A stretch of 64,000 nt of DNA from Amoebidium appalachense (taxonomy: Eukaryota > Protista > Ichthyosporea). Shown here piece after piece: positions 1 to 28,636 of this stretch (its first letter is position 1; the number at the start of each line of letters is the position of its first letter). The DNA lies in the NCBI GenBank assembly GCA_963693365.1, contig CAVNZM010000003.1, forward strand, positions 779,506-843,505, given 5' to 3'. The notes below the pieces were generated by a model that had not been told where the DNA came from, searched no databases, and saw only the letters and a list, made by a program, of their open reading frames with translations. Position numbers and translations under genes: made by a program.

Positions 1-105
1 AACAGCCTACCACTTAAATCTCAATCAACTGCGAACTGATTGATACTTCTTTCCGGCCTACCATCACAAGCTTGTCTAATTGCGAATCAATCTGTAGTCC
101 CCTCC

Positions 106-140
<35 letters not shown>

Positions 141-514
141 TTCACCCCTCACACATCGGCAAACAAAGGCAAACACAAGGGGGAACTTCCACACCTTTCT
201 TCTAACTCATCGAAATTCACATGCCTTTTATATACAACACACACACATTCTCACATACCGCCTTTACTATTTCACATAATCGCACGTGTTCATTCGCATC
301 CAACCCGTGCGCATTTCACATACTTCACGCGGATGCTCCCACCAAGCTCACACTGTTTCACACAATCCCGCCATCCTTTTCGCACTTACAACATGCTCTT
401 TAACATAATCCCACAGGTTCATTTTTTTTGCACCAAACACGTATACATTCACACAAATTACGTCCACATTTGGCACAATGCCACATGCATATTCACATCC
501 ATCAAGTACTATTT

Positions 515-660
515 CACGCCAAGCACATGTTGACTCACGACATTTCACGTGCTCCTTCACACCATATCACGTAGACGTCCACACTATATCACGTGCACAT
601 TTCACACCACATCACGTGCACAATTCCCGCCATATCACGTGCACATCCCCACACACCTTC
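515..660. repeat. Degenerate ~23-bp minisatellite containing CACGTG
   Basis: Consecutive units such as tatatcacgtgcacatttcacac / cacatcacgtgcacaattcccgc / catatcacgtgcacatcccacac; more degenerate units continue upstream. Confidence 0.6.
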
Positions 661-1085
661 ATATTGACCGTGCTTGCATCTGTGCCTGTGAAATACCACC
701 ACGTGTCGACAACAAACGAATCAGTGTAGGGGGCATCGGAGGCGACAGAGCGTGTGCGGTAGATCACTTGGCTGTAAGTGTGTGTGTGTGTGTGTACGTG
801 TGTGTACGTGTGTGTTCATGTGTAATTGTTATCATACTTAATTGATTAATATTATTATTTGGGGGGGGGGGGGGGGGGAGGGAGAGGGGGGGATGGGGGG
901 GGGGGGGGGGGGGGGGGGGCATGTCCGAAATGTATTGACACAAGGAGACATAATGACTTTTTAGATGCATCGAATTTTTATAATAATACAAAGCAAACCC
1001 ATACAGTCACCAGGCACCTTTATTTCTTTTTCGGTTTCGTTTTTCTTTTCTTTTTTCTTCTTTTCTTTCTTTCCTTTCCTTCTTT

Positions 1086-1120
<35 letters not shown>

Positions 1121-1257
1121 CCCCCCCCCCCCCCCCCCCCCCCCCTTTTTCTCTCTCTTCTTCCTCTTCCTCTTCCTCTTCTTCTTCTTTTTCTTTTTTT
1201 TTTTGGGGGGGGGGTCCAATACTTGTCAGCCATTCTACTGATGCGATGGCCCTGCAG

Positions 1258-1395
1258 GACCGGGATCAACATAGACCCAATTAGTGGGAGATTATCCCCC
1301 ACCGTGTTGAAATTCATGGTCCGGGCAAGGCAGCACGAGTGGTTGGATACCTCCCAAGGGGTGCGGGTGTATTCTGATGATAGAAAAACGGGGTG
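1258..1395 (+). CDS. Probable internal exon of an unidentified gene
   Basis: ctgcag| acceptor and |gtgagt donor enclose an open, non-repetitive frame TGINIDPISGRLSPTVLKFMVRARQHEWLDTSQGVRVYSDDRKTGW. No family recognised. Confidence 0.35.
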
Positions 1396-2703
1396 GTGAG
1401 TGAAAATTTCAGGGTCTAAATCAAAGAACATTAAAAATTACAAACCCTAAACAATTTTTTTTAATATTCCAAATACAACAGCATGAATAACAAATAAATG
1501 ATCAATAGCAGGAGTGGTTGGATTCATCCCAGGTGTTGCGGATGTATTCTGCAAACAGAGAAAGTGTGTGGTGCATTAAAAATTCCAAGTCCCAAACAAC
1601 GCTTGAGTGGCTGCCCGCCACGATCGGAGTTGAGCGGTGGTGTTGGTGATTGGCGGTGGTGGTGGTGGTGGTGGGTGGGTGGGTGGGGGGGGAGGGGGGA
1701 GGGGGTAGAAGGAGGAGGAGGGCGGAGGGGGGAAGGGGGCATGGCGGGAGGGGAGGAGGGGGGACAGGGGGCGGACGACGGGAGCGGGGGGGGGGGGGGG
1801 GGAGGGTGGGGGGGTCTATACTCTGCCTCTTGTGATTCATGGCGGGGTCTGTGGTGTAGAAAAGATGCCAACAGTCGTTATCTTCCCCATCGCCAAAAAA
1901 GGTAGTCAGAAGAGCATCCAATGGGCACTTGAGGTTAGTTTCGTAGATCACCTGGCGTGTTTCCCTGTCCAATGAAAAAAAGGTATTAAATAGTTTAAAG
2001 TGTTGCAACAGGTACCTTGTGGTTTACCAGGAGGGGAGGCGGGGGGAAAGGGGGGGGGGGGTACCTGTTCAATTGAAAGAAAGCGTTAAAGTTTTTGAAA
2101 ACAAGTACCTCGTGGATCACCTGACGTGTTTCCCTTTTTATATAGAAAAGAGAGTGTTGACAAGTTTAGAAACCGCCAGTGAAAGTTCAAAGCAGCTCGG
2201 AACTGGGTTTTACATACAATCTAACAGCCACAAAATCATGTGAAGGTACTACGGCATGGAGATTTTGTGCGCATAAACCCCACGAGAATGCGGTCTTTTT
2301 TTTTAACCTTTTCTGAACCAATCAGTCATAGCCTTCAATTAGAGTTTTTAGTTTCATGTGTGGAGGCCATTCGGCGGTGTTTTCAGGGAAATTATGCAGA
2401 TATGGTTCGCGAATCGAACCGCATTCGGAAAGGAAATTGTGTGACTTACGTTAACGTCGTAGCATACAGGTGCGCACATACTATCAGCGAATTAAGCGTA
2501 CAGGCAAAAAAAACACACAGAAAACACGTCAATGTATATACATACACCTATATGCACAGGTAGACAGACACATGCACAGCACACACACACACGCATACTT
2601 ACACAACACAGGCTTGAGGCATGTGTTGCATTCAGAAAGGAAAAGGCATGTACACACTCACCCAACCACACCTACCCATCCACCCGCCCACCCACCCACC
2701 CAC

Positions 2704-2775
<72 letters not shown>

Positions 2776-2829
2776 TGGCACACACACACACACACACACA
2801 CGCACACACGCACACACACACACACACTG

Positions 2830-2934
<105 letters not shown>

Positions 2935-3119
2935 CACGCACGCGCACATGCACATACACACCCACACACCCACACACCCACACCACCACCCACACACCTT
3001 TTCTGTGTCCAATGCTTGCACGGACCCGGGGGGATGGTCAGAACGGGGGGGCTGCTTTGGGCTCGGGGCTGACAGGTTTGGGTGGAGGAGCTGTGTGTGT
3101 GTGTGTGTGTGTGTGCGTG

Positions 3120-3158
<39 letters not shown>

Positions 3159-3612
3159 GTGTGTGTGCGTGTGTGTGTGTGGGTGCGTGCCCTTGTGAGC
3201 GAGCAAGTGAGTAAGTGTGTAAGTAATCCAATGTCTTGTGAGTGAGTGTGTGTGTGTGTGTGGGTATGTGTGTGTGCGTGCGCACGCTCGTGTGTGTGTA
3301 TGTGTGCGAGTGTGTCTGTGAGTATGTGTTTGGGCGGGCGGGTGGGTATTAATGTTTGTGCAGGTGGGCATGCGTGCACCGGGGTTGCCTTCCAACAATT
3401 CATCATTATTTTGTTGATAAGTGGCATTGCGCAAATGCACTTTCTTTTAATCTCTGCCTTATTTCTTCGTTGTGTGTTTATTCATTTGTGCATGGCCCGT
3501 GTGATCACGTGTAGAGCTAAAGCTTGTGCACACAGATTTGAAGCATTGCAAAACATTACGAGCATGCGAAAGGTTATAGCCAAATATACTCTGAAGCTCC
3601 AGGTGTGACCCC

Positions 3613-3701
3613 TCAAAACCAGTCTGGACAATGGAGGAAGGGGTGTGTGTGTGTGGATGGGTGGGTGGGTGGGGGTTGGTGGTGGTGGTGGTGGTGGTGG
3701 T

Positions 3702-3732
<31 letters not shown>

Positions 3733-4574
3733 AGAGGGGGGAGGGGGGGGGGGGGGGGGGGGGGGGGGAGAAGGGGGAGAGGGGGGATAATGTTGTGAGC
3801 AGTAGATGTAATGTGCAAGATAGGAAAGCACATAAACAACGTCGATCGAGACATGAAGTAGCACATAGAAAGTGGAATATGCGGCACCCCCCCCCCCCCC
3901 CCCCCCCCCCCTCCCCGCCCCCCCTCCCTTCCAAAGGAAACGACAGAGAAAGAACGAAAGGCTGGCCTAAATGTGTGATCGGGGGGGGGGGGTGGGGGGT
4001 GGGTGGGGGGGGGGGGGGGGGGGGGGAGATGATTACCAGCAGATTCATTTGTTGGTTCAGCGGGTTTTTCTTGTTTGGCTGCATCTTTTGGAGTCGGAGT
4101 GGAAGATCTCTTTGAGACATTAGAAGAATCTACTGCTCCCGCAGATAGGGCACTGAGCGTAGGCGATGTTGTGGGCTGCGGCTCAACCGAGGTCTTTGAT
4201 GCAAGCGGGGATGGGCCTGCAGATGGCTGTGCGTTTGCTGTTTTCTCGTGTGTAGGCAAGCTTTTCACAGGTGTAATGAGGCTTGGTTTTGCAGACGCTG
4301 ATGCATGTGTCGTGGATGATTCATTTGGTGCCGATGTTGACAGGGGAGTCATGGATGAAGAGCGGGTCATGGGTGCGGTTACGTTGTCTGAACTCTCACG
4401 ACGAATAGTGAGTTGGTCCTTCTTGTCTGTGCTCAATCGCGTTAGATCTTCCTCTGAGCGGGGCTGTTGCAGTTTAACATGTGGTGGCGCGTTGGTTGAG
4501 GGTTTTCGTGGGCTAGAGCTTGTTCCGGAGGCTGCGTTGTACGCAAGGGCGGTATAACCGTATGAAATAGACAT
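3613..4574 (-). CDS. Ser/Thr/Pro-rich, probably disordered protein (~182 aa, 2 exons)
   Basis: Start context gccaccATG at 4574. Exon 1 4574-4037 (MSISYGYTALAYNAASG...EPTNESA, phase 1, donor gtaatc). Acceptor ccag at 3624 gives exon 3623-3613, ending D-W-F-TGA. The last exon is inferred. Confidence 0.6.
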
Positions 4575-5770
4575 GGTGGCGATCAGTGGAAGATGATGGG
4601 CGGAATTACTGGAGGTGAGAAGCAAGGGGCGAGGGGGAGGCGGGAATAAAGGTGGTGATGGTGGTGGGTGGACGGGGGGGAGGGGGGGGGCGGGGGGGGA
4701 GGCAAATGCCAGGGAGGGAAAGTCAGGAAGAAACTCCGAAGAGTGACTGACTGAGGATGGAAAACTACCAAAACGAATTCGAGGCTTCTGGGCTCGAAAA
4801 AACAGAGGGAAAACCAACGAATAAACAAGGTGTGAACCAAAAACAGATAAAGCTAGCAGATAACAGAGCTACTTCTACAAACCACGCCTGTGTATGATGG
4901 CTGTATATATGCCTGTGTATCATACGGTGAAAACAAACGAGGGGAGACTGAAACGAGAGGGTGCCAGCTATTCCTGGCCGTTGTGGTTCGAGGTGCGCTG
5001 TTAGCCAATCATATTAGACCAGGAAATAAAAATGGTCTCCCTAAACACATTTGCAGGTTTGAAATCTAATATTGAAAAGCTGCAGCAGCAGCATTCCGAT
5101 GACTTAGGAACAAAGAATAAGTTTTGAAAGTTGTTGAAGTAAGAAAGATAAATAAGCACTTAAAACAATAGAAAATATTATATTAAACTTGATAAGAATA
5201 GAAGGATCTTTTGAGGCCGTTCATTCTTTGTATGATAATGATATGTACCACAGTAGCAACCTCATAATTTGTTGACCCCCCCGCTATATGCCGCAGATGC
5301 TCCCCGGACTCCGTGTGTCTACTGGTGGAATACCTACATTGCAGAGCACACGCCCCGAAGAAAAATTGTTTCATAAAAGCCAATAAATAGTCATAATAAA
5401 ACTATTAATGTGTTACTTCAAAGGAGATTTATTCAATTGAGAAGTTTTAACGAGCCTCACCTTTGGGCACAACCAGCCGACTGTCTGAAAACGCGATCTC
5501 AGCCGAAGCGAGCTAAGGGGTGCACCGATTGCTCATTTTATCACCAGATCTGATTGGAATAGTTATAATCCAATCAAAACAGATCTACAATAGCTGTTTT
5601 TGGTATCTATCTACAGCTAATCGGACAGAGAGGACAATAACCATATAAAGGTTTAGGCGGGAAGAAAAATCCAAAAAATGCAACACATTCCTTTCTCCGG
5701 AGTTCGAATAGGAAGCAAGACTCCGGGAGCTGTCACTTACACACGCCGTTTTTCGCATAATTACACCCTC

Positions 5771-5814
<44 letters not shown>

Positions 5815-5849
5815 GGTTTCATAACCCTATATTGATTATAGGTTTCATA
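4575..5849. promoter_or_regulatory. Region between divergent start codons, probable promoter(s)
   Basis: Lies between ATGs at 4574(-) and 5850(+); poor in microsatellites; opposed ATTGG/CCAAT boxes near 5550-5575; (TTA)n at 5774-5812. Confidence 0.4.
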
Positions 5850-21226
<15,377 letters not shown>

Positions 21227-21854
21227 GAAGTAGGTGTGAGGGCGGGAATGTGCGAGGAGAAAACAGAACAAATGTCGTGAGATATATTCTTTGGATATGA
21301 TGTGAAAATGTGCATATGGTTAGGATTATGTCAGGAATATCAAGCATTACACATACACAGTTTCAAAATCCCCCCCCCCTTTTTTTTTTTGCCCTTACTT
21401 CTTATTTTGACTAGGCCTCTATTCTCAGCAAGCGCAAAATTTCACGAAGCGAAAACATCAACATCATTATGGGCTAACACGAACCAGGTAATTTAAAATT
21501 GACGAAGTTGAACACCGGATTATGAACAAAGTAAACACTTAGCCCTATGAAAGGTGTTAGCCAACTTGAGCACACATAGATCAATACCCGGAGTCTTTGC
21601 TGTGTTTTGTTGTTTATTTTATCTCACGTTCTGCGTAGCTACCTGATTTCTTCATTATCGGCTTTTGATTGTTTGTACATGCTTCTATTATGCCAGTCAT
21701 TCCTTAAAGTTTGACCGCTTAAGAGAACACACAGGAAAAAAACAATAAAATACCTGGCGCGCATGTCAGTGATTCCAAGCTTTCGATGCACTGCAAAAAA
21801 AAAGTCAACTTTTGCTCCATTTCTCAACTTCACATAGCTGGTCGCAAAGCACAC

Positions 21855-21919
<65 letters not shown>

Positions 21920-21977
21920 CACTCACTCACACACTCACACACGCACGCACGCACGCACGCACGCACACCACACACCA

Positions 21978-22040
<63 letters not shown>

Positions 22041-22356
22041 TCAGTCTGTGTATATACCCAGCTTTTCTTCATCGCTTTTCAAATTGACCGTTTGCACGTG
22101 GTCCCCTTACTAATTACCGTTGAGTTGCCCCCATGCCCATATCATAATGGAGAACACAGAGAAATACAATAATTATTTAAACTCTATAGTTAATTAATTA
22201 ATGCAACAAGGCCATATATGGTGTGTCTCAATTGACAGTCACCTAAACCGTTCTAATCTCAATGCCATATTCCCAGCAGATATTTTTAGTCGTTTCCAAA
22301 CTACATTCAGTGGGTCGGCCTTTCAAATTGCTCCAGTACATCTCTCTCTCGCTCTC

Positions 22357-22435
<79 letters not shown>

Positions 22436-22472
22436 GCACACACACTCTCTCTCCCTCTCTCTCTCTCCCTCA

Positions 22473-22543
<71 letters not shown>

Positions 22544-23232
22544 TCTCTATCTCTCTCTCTACATCTCTCTCTCCCTCTAACCCCCCCCTCCCCCCCCCCC
22601 CCCCCCCCCGGCCCGCGCGCGTCCCTCCCGGACCCCAAGGCTCTCACATCGTCATCACACGTGGTACATGTGAGCATGTAAGTAACCGTTGTAGTGAACG
22701 CCGCGTGGGCCGACTTTGGCCGTCGACTAGCCCTTGCAAAAATATCGAATAATCGGGAATTAATATGGGGGTTTACGCTGTTTACTCGAGGCAAGAGAAT
22801 GTATGTTTATCTTGATATTTATGGACTCTATTAGTCTCCAGGCTGAGCTACATGCAGTTACTAATATTAATATTGGTAGATGATTTTCATATCAATCGAT
22901 TCATTTCATGGCCATTGAATATTCGCAACAAAGAATCTCGTTTATAATTTCGTTATTCTGGTTAGTGAATTCCATTGCTAGGACGCGTCCCCCAAAACTT
23001 CCGTGCTTGGGGCGCGAACGGTAAAAGAAAACGGTAGTTACCGTAGTTACCGTACATCCGCCGTAAATGTGGTCGTGTATGTAGTCAAACCCCAAAAATA
23101 CTTGATAATTACCTGTTAGATCCTGCCAGAAAACCCACTCCGGATCGGCAGGACTTTAGTTTTCATAGTTACTACACACACATTTTCCAGACATATATTA
23201 TGAGATATATAATATGGAACGCCACAAGTTTT

Positions 23233-23810
23233 TTCTAATGTTCGTGCGAAATCATTGGTCCTGTACCCAATCTATCTCCCATTCAGAGATAACCTTTTGA
23301 ACATTTGTCTCCTTTATTTTTCTCTTCCCCTATTTATCAGCAGTATGTTACTTGGTTTCATACTCAATATCCTTTACTTCATCGTTGTGATAAATATTAT
23401 CATGGTAGGACTCTTGAGCCTGTGCTTCTTTTTATATTAGAGACTCGTCTATTTTCTCTACAATCGTTATGTAAATTAGCTACTTATATTCATCCTTCCT
23501 CTCGTAAACCGGGGCCTACCACACTTGCCGATTTTGCCATTCTAACCCCTTCGTGTGATATTGCTTGGAAATGTTTATTTTGGCGTTGTAACCTTAGTTA
23601 CCATAAATTGTTTGTGTCACTTTTGTGCAGAACCTTTTTCTCGCAAACATCTAGATAAATTTATTTATTTATCTCAGATTCTTCCGTTAGAAATTTTTTG
23701 ACTGGATTTATTCGACGGAAAGATATGCAAGTATGCACGGCATACTGAGAAGACAATAAAAACTTCACGAGTTATCCAGTAACAAGTGCATGCTGAGATA
23801 CCTGAACACG
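23233..23810 (+). mobile_element. LINE 3' fragment (degenerate)
   Basis: Encodes ...LCKLATYIHPSSRK..TLADFAI..LFWRCN... and FFDWIYSTERY, resembling the C-terminus of the 30116 ORF (KYILPSCRTGLSLAD..QWRSN..ILDFILNTRNY). Near-identical inverted copy at 28637-29064. Confidence 0.75.
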
Positions 23811-24121
23811 TTGTGAAATGATATAAATACTCAATGTGACGACCAACAGAATTCAACAAAAAGTCTAAAGTGGTCACATTGCCAGCCAGTGTAGCAGACA
23901 CCCGTAGGCCTAGGGAAAGAGGTAAAAAGCGACATAAAAACTCACCTAATCAACATGCTTGCGATTAAAAAGTTCAGCCCAAAAGTGGCACCAGCGGCGA
24001 TGAAAACAAAAATTACAACGCCACTGCACAACTTCCCGGCAATATCAACATCAGAGCACCATACAGACTTATCTACTAGGGTGGTATCCATACGTACAGC
24101 AGGAGAAATATATCCTGCCAA
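23811..24121 (-). mobile_element. LINE 3' fragment interrupted by the Ngaro element (continues at 28621-28635)
   Basis: Minus strand reads LAGYISPAVRMDTTLVD..QWRCN..FNRKHV..TTLDFLLNS with frameshifts; removing the Ngaro element restores in-frame RFLGALAGYISP. Confidence 0.7.
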
Positions 24122-24253
24122 AGGTTTTATTTGTGGAAATTATTGACATAAATATTTTTCTGGGTAAACACGTAGGATGGGTGTTCGATACCAACATAAC
24201 CATGTAGGCTTCATTTCGTGTTTTAGCAGTTAGCGGTTGGCTGCCCGCACACG

Positions 24254-24748
24254 GACAAAGACGTACTTTGGACTCAGCACATCACTCGCCTCAGCACCCG
24301 ATACCCGTGGGCCCAGATCCACAACTATGACGTATACGCCCGCACCGTGGCCCACCAGCAGGGTCGGGCTCCGATCGAGTGCCCCAACCTGCTCGCCCAA
24401 CTCCACCAGGATCTCCTCCTGCCACCCACCCTGCTCATCCAGGACGCATGTCAGCGCTGTGGCTTCCCCGACCACCCCAGCGCGGCCTGCCCCATGTACC
24501 CCAAGCCCGGCTGTGGTCTTGACGGCTTTAAGCCGCCCCACAAGCCCGGCGGGGGTCACACCCCTAACCGCCCTGGCCCGCAACCCGGCCCGGCCAAACC
24601 GGCCCGACCCGTGGATCTACCCGCGACGCACTGCAGGAATTTCCACATTAACGGTCGGTCCTGCGCTAAGCAGCCCTGCCCCTTCTCCCACGTGTGCCCG
24701 CTCTGCTCTGGCACACACCCCCGCAAAGACTGCAAGCACAATGCCTAG
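24254..24748 (+). CDS. Ngaro gag-like ORF, 5'-truncated
   Basis: CQRCGFPDHPSAAC zinc knuckle and C-terminal CRNFHINGRSCAKQPCPFSHVCPLCSGTHPRKDC zinc fingers; joined directly to the truncated A1. Confidence 0.8.
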   Translation, partial: DKDVLWTQHITRLSTRYPWAQIHNYDVYARTVAHQQGRAPIECPNLLAQLHQDLLLPPTLLIQDACQRCGFPDHPSAACPMYPKPGCGLDGFKPPHKPGGGHTPNRPGPQPGPAKPARPVDLPATHCRNFHINGRSCAKQPCPFSHVCPLCSGTHPRKDCKHNA

Positions 24749-25025
24749 TCTACGCGCACACCCACACACACAGCTAGAACATAGGGGTTCGGAGCTAGGA
24801 CACACGAGTACAGGGACACGGAGCTCGGGAGAACGGGCCAATAGGGCTGAGTACAAAATTTCGCAGGCCAACTACGGCGCCCGCGCGCGTCAAGAATAAA
24901 TGTCCCTATACAAAGACGTTTATTCTGGCCACTGCACATAATTTTACTCCCCCCCCCCCATCCCACGAGCCTCCCCCCCCCTTACACTCACCTAGCACTC
25001 CCTCCCCCCCCCTTCTTCTACCGCT

Positions 25026-25140
25026 GTGTCCGCCCACACCCCCGCGTGCTCGGGCACATTCCCCTGCACAGGGCCCCGCTGCCCTCCCTGCCAACCCTCA
25101 CTTGGGCCAAGCTGCCCTACTCTAACCCCCCGGGGCCCTG

Positions 25141-25171
<31 letters not shown>

Positions 25172-26879
25172 AAACCCCCCCCCCCCCCCCCCCCCGCTGC
25201 CGGGATCTCCCCAAGGGTACACCACCCTTGCTAACCACCCCTTCCCCCGAGGCTCAGACCCGGAGGCCCGCCCGCTGCCCCAGCACCACGTTGACACCTC
25301 CCGCCTCCGGGAACTGCTGGCCTCCTACCCGGACCAACCATTCGCCGCACAACTCCTCCACGATGTCGAATTCGGCGTCGACATCGGCTATCGCGGCCCC
25401 TCCACCTCTCGGGTGGGCCCCAACCTACCCACCACCCCGGAGGCAGCTGCCGCTATCACGGTGGATATTGCCAAAGAAGTCGCCCTCGGCCACCTGCGCG
25501 GCCCCCTCTCCCCGGCCCAATTCTTTGACGAATTTCCCGTCCACCGTTCCTCCCCCATCGGCGCCGTTACCAAGAAAGGGAACCCCCCCAAGTACCGTCG
25601 AATCCACCACCTCTCCTGGCCCCGGGGTAGCAGTGTCAATGACAGCATCACCTACCCCGACGAACTTCAGTACATTCGCGCCCGGGATGTCACCCAACTC
25701 ATTCTCGACGCAGGCCCCGGCTGCTACATGGCCGTGGCAGATGTGCAGGCTGCCTTCCGGCACATGCCCATCCGACCGGAAGACCACCACTTAATGGCAT
25801 TCAAATGGCAAGGGCATTTTTACGTTGAAACCAGACTGCCCTTCGGCCTGAAATCTAGCCCAGCCATCTGGGAACGGATCGCGGCCACCCTACAGTGGCT
25901 GGCACACCAGCACGGTATTACCCTCATCCGCCACTACGTAGACGACTGGATTATAGTCGCCCCCACACAACAGCAGTGCCAACGTCACCTATCCACCTTT
26001 CTGCAACTCTGCCGAGAGCTGCACATTGCCATCTCCGAAGACAAGATGCAGGGCACGGCTACCCGTGTCGTCTTCATCGGTATCGAATTCGACTCCATCG
26101 CCATGGAGGCACGAATCCCGGCTTCCAAGCTCTCGGACCTACTCGACCTCACTTCCCACCCAAAGCCCACCATCACCATTCGGGACCTCCAGTCCCTCCT
26201 CGGCAAACTCACCTGGTGTGCCCAGCTGGTTCCCCCCGGGAGGGCCTTCTCCCAGCGCCTATGGGCCCTTCTCCGGACCCACCCACACCTTGCCGGCCAC
26301 CACCACATACGACTGACTGCTGCCGCCCGGGCCGACATAGCCGAATGGCACCAGTTCCTCACATCATGGAATGGGGTGCACCTCATCACACCCCCCACAT
26401 ACACCACCCTGGCCACTGATGCTGCCGGATCGGTGGGTCTAGGTGGCCACTGGCTCGACCAATGGTTCTTCATGCCCTGGTCCCCCTCCACCCAAGCCCT
26501 CTATGCTCATGAGGGTAAACTCGGTTCTTCCGTCATCGAACTCCTGGCCATCGCAGCCGCCGTGGCCCTCTGGGCCCCCTCCTGGTCCACCCACCATGTC
26601 CGTATTTTATGCGACAACACGGGTGCTGTGTCTGACCTGCACTCCCGGTCTTCCCCCCACCCCGTGATGGCCAAACTTATTCGGTTCATCACCCGCATGG
26701 AAATGCAATACCAATTTATGTTACAGGCATCCTACCTACCAGGACCCCTCAACCATCTGGCCGATGCCATTTCTCGTAACCAACTTCCCCGGGCCCGACG
26801 ACTCCGACCTTCCCTGCAACCGGAGCCCTGCCCCTTCCCCTCCTGGGTCCACGAGTTCCTATCCCTTCCCTTGGGCTAA
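25026..26879 (+). CDS. Ngaro reverse transcriptase / RNase H
   Basis: YRRIHHLSWP..SVND, DVQAAFRHMPI, RLPFGLKSSP, YVDDW, VFIGIEFD; RNase H TDAAG, IELLA, CDN, LADAISR. True start uncertain because of poly-C runs. Confidence 0.93.
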
Positions 26880-26927
26880 CCCCCCCCCCCCCCCCCAGAT
26901 CTCCCGTTCCGGAGCAACACTGGCAGA

Positions 26928-27934
26928 TTGGCCCCCCACTTTGCTCCGGCCGAGCTGCTTCGAGCCACCACTACCCTGCAGGAATGCCAGGCCCTGAGTC
27001 TCAACCTCGACTCTCGGGCCTTTTACTCCCGGGTGCAAAAAGTGTTCATCGATTTCTGTGTGGCATCTCGGCTGCAATCCTCCTCCGGGTCCTCCCTCCC
27101 GGCCTCCCCACACACCGTGCAACTTTTTCTCGCCTGGTGTGCCCAACGAGGGGTACAGGCCTCTTCCTTAACCGGCTACAATTCGGCCATCACCAGGCTC
27201 CACCTCGACATGGGCCTCCCTGCTCCCTACCCCCACGACAAGTCTCTGGCCTGGTTCCTACGGGGGGTAGGCCGATGGCAGCTTTCTCACAACATCCGAC
27301 CCCGCTCATCCACCAGGGAACCCCCTCCTCCCCTCCCACCTCCACCTACTCCACGGCCAGTGCCCCACCAAGGCCTCCTCGGCCAATCTCCGGCTATGGA
27401 CGGCCCTCATCGTCGGTTTCTGTGGTCTCCTCCGTTCAGGGGAATTTACCTCCAAGACCCTGACTTCTTTCGACCCGTCCCGTCACGTTAAACGGAAGGA
27501 CGTGACCTTCAGCTGCCACCCTCCACCTGCCAACCTCTAAGACGGATGTACAGGCCCGTGGTGTCAACGTCACCCTAGCTGCCCTGCCCCTCACCCACTT
27601 CTCCCCAGCCCATCTCCTCCGGCAGTTCCTGGATACAACGTCCGGTCAACCCGACGACCCCCTCTTCAGTCTCGGTGGCATCCCCTACACCAAGAGTGCT
27701 TTCTCTGCCGATTTCCGTGCCCTCCTCTCCCGGGCAGGCCTCTCACCCTCCCGGTTTGCCGGACACAGCCTCCGCATCGGGGGGGCCACAGCACTGGCTG
27801 AGGCCGGGGTCGACGACTCCCGGATCAAACAACTCGGCCGGTGGTCCTCCGACTGCTTCCTGATCTATACCCGACTTCGTCCGGCCTCCATTGCTGCCAC
27901 CACCACACGTGTATTCGCCTCTATTCTTAAGTGA
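26928..27934 (+). pseudogene. Ngaro tyrosine recombinase, frameshifted
   Basis: Across two frame breaks (~27325, ~27535): GFCGLLRSGE (R), SKTD (K), GHSLRIGGAT (HxxR), LGRWSSDCFLIY (W, Y); stop at 27932-27934. Confidence 0.88.
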
Positions 27935-28636
27935 AACCTTTGGAGCAAGCATACTGCTCTCGTGCCGTGGTTTACAACCATTGCAGGTTCACTTTCGTCC
28001 AAGGGGATGTCCCCCTAGAGGCAACACGTCCCGGAGTAGTTTTTCATAGAGGTTTTATTTGTGGAAATTATTGACATAAATATTTTTCTGGGTAAACACG
28101 TAGGATGGGTGTTCGATACCAACATAACCATGTAGGCTTCATTTCGTGTTTTAGCAGTTAGCGGTTGGCTGCCCGCACACGGGCACCTATTAGCCAGTCA
28201 AAACATCAGATACCACAGATCACTAGACCGAGTTATGATTGGCTCGGATCAGATTTCACATATCACTAGATCGATTTTTGATTGGTTCAGATCGGTAGGC
28301 TTAGGTATATAAGCACGACAGTTTTTAGCAGATCAGCAAGCTACAAACACATCTTCTGTGTTTAGCATCCACAGCCTTACAGCTATATATTCCTTTTCAC
28401 CCACCCACCTACACCCACACACAACCCCCATTGATCCACACATACGTGCTGTTTTTTCACGGGGCGAAGCCTTCCCCCGTTTTTTGGGCACATGGACCTC
28501 ACGGATCAATAAATTGATGACTGGGGGCTTGCCGTGGTTTACAACCATTGCAGGTTCACTTTCGTCCAAGGGGATGTCCCCCTAGAGGCAACACACGTCC
28601 CGGAGTAGTTTTTCATAGAGCTCCCAAAAAGCGGAT

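Larger units (their letters stand above)
24122..28620 (+). mobile_element. Ngaro-type tyrosine-recombinase (DIRS order) retrotransposon with split direct repeats A1-ORFs-B1-A2-B2
   Basis: A1 24122-24253 is identical to the start of A2 (28050-28181). B1 27963-28051 matches B2 28530-28620 apart from a 2-nt indel. gag, RT/RNase H and YR ORFs; no methyltransferase domain after RNase H. Confidence 0.92.
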
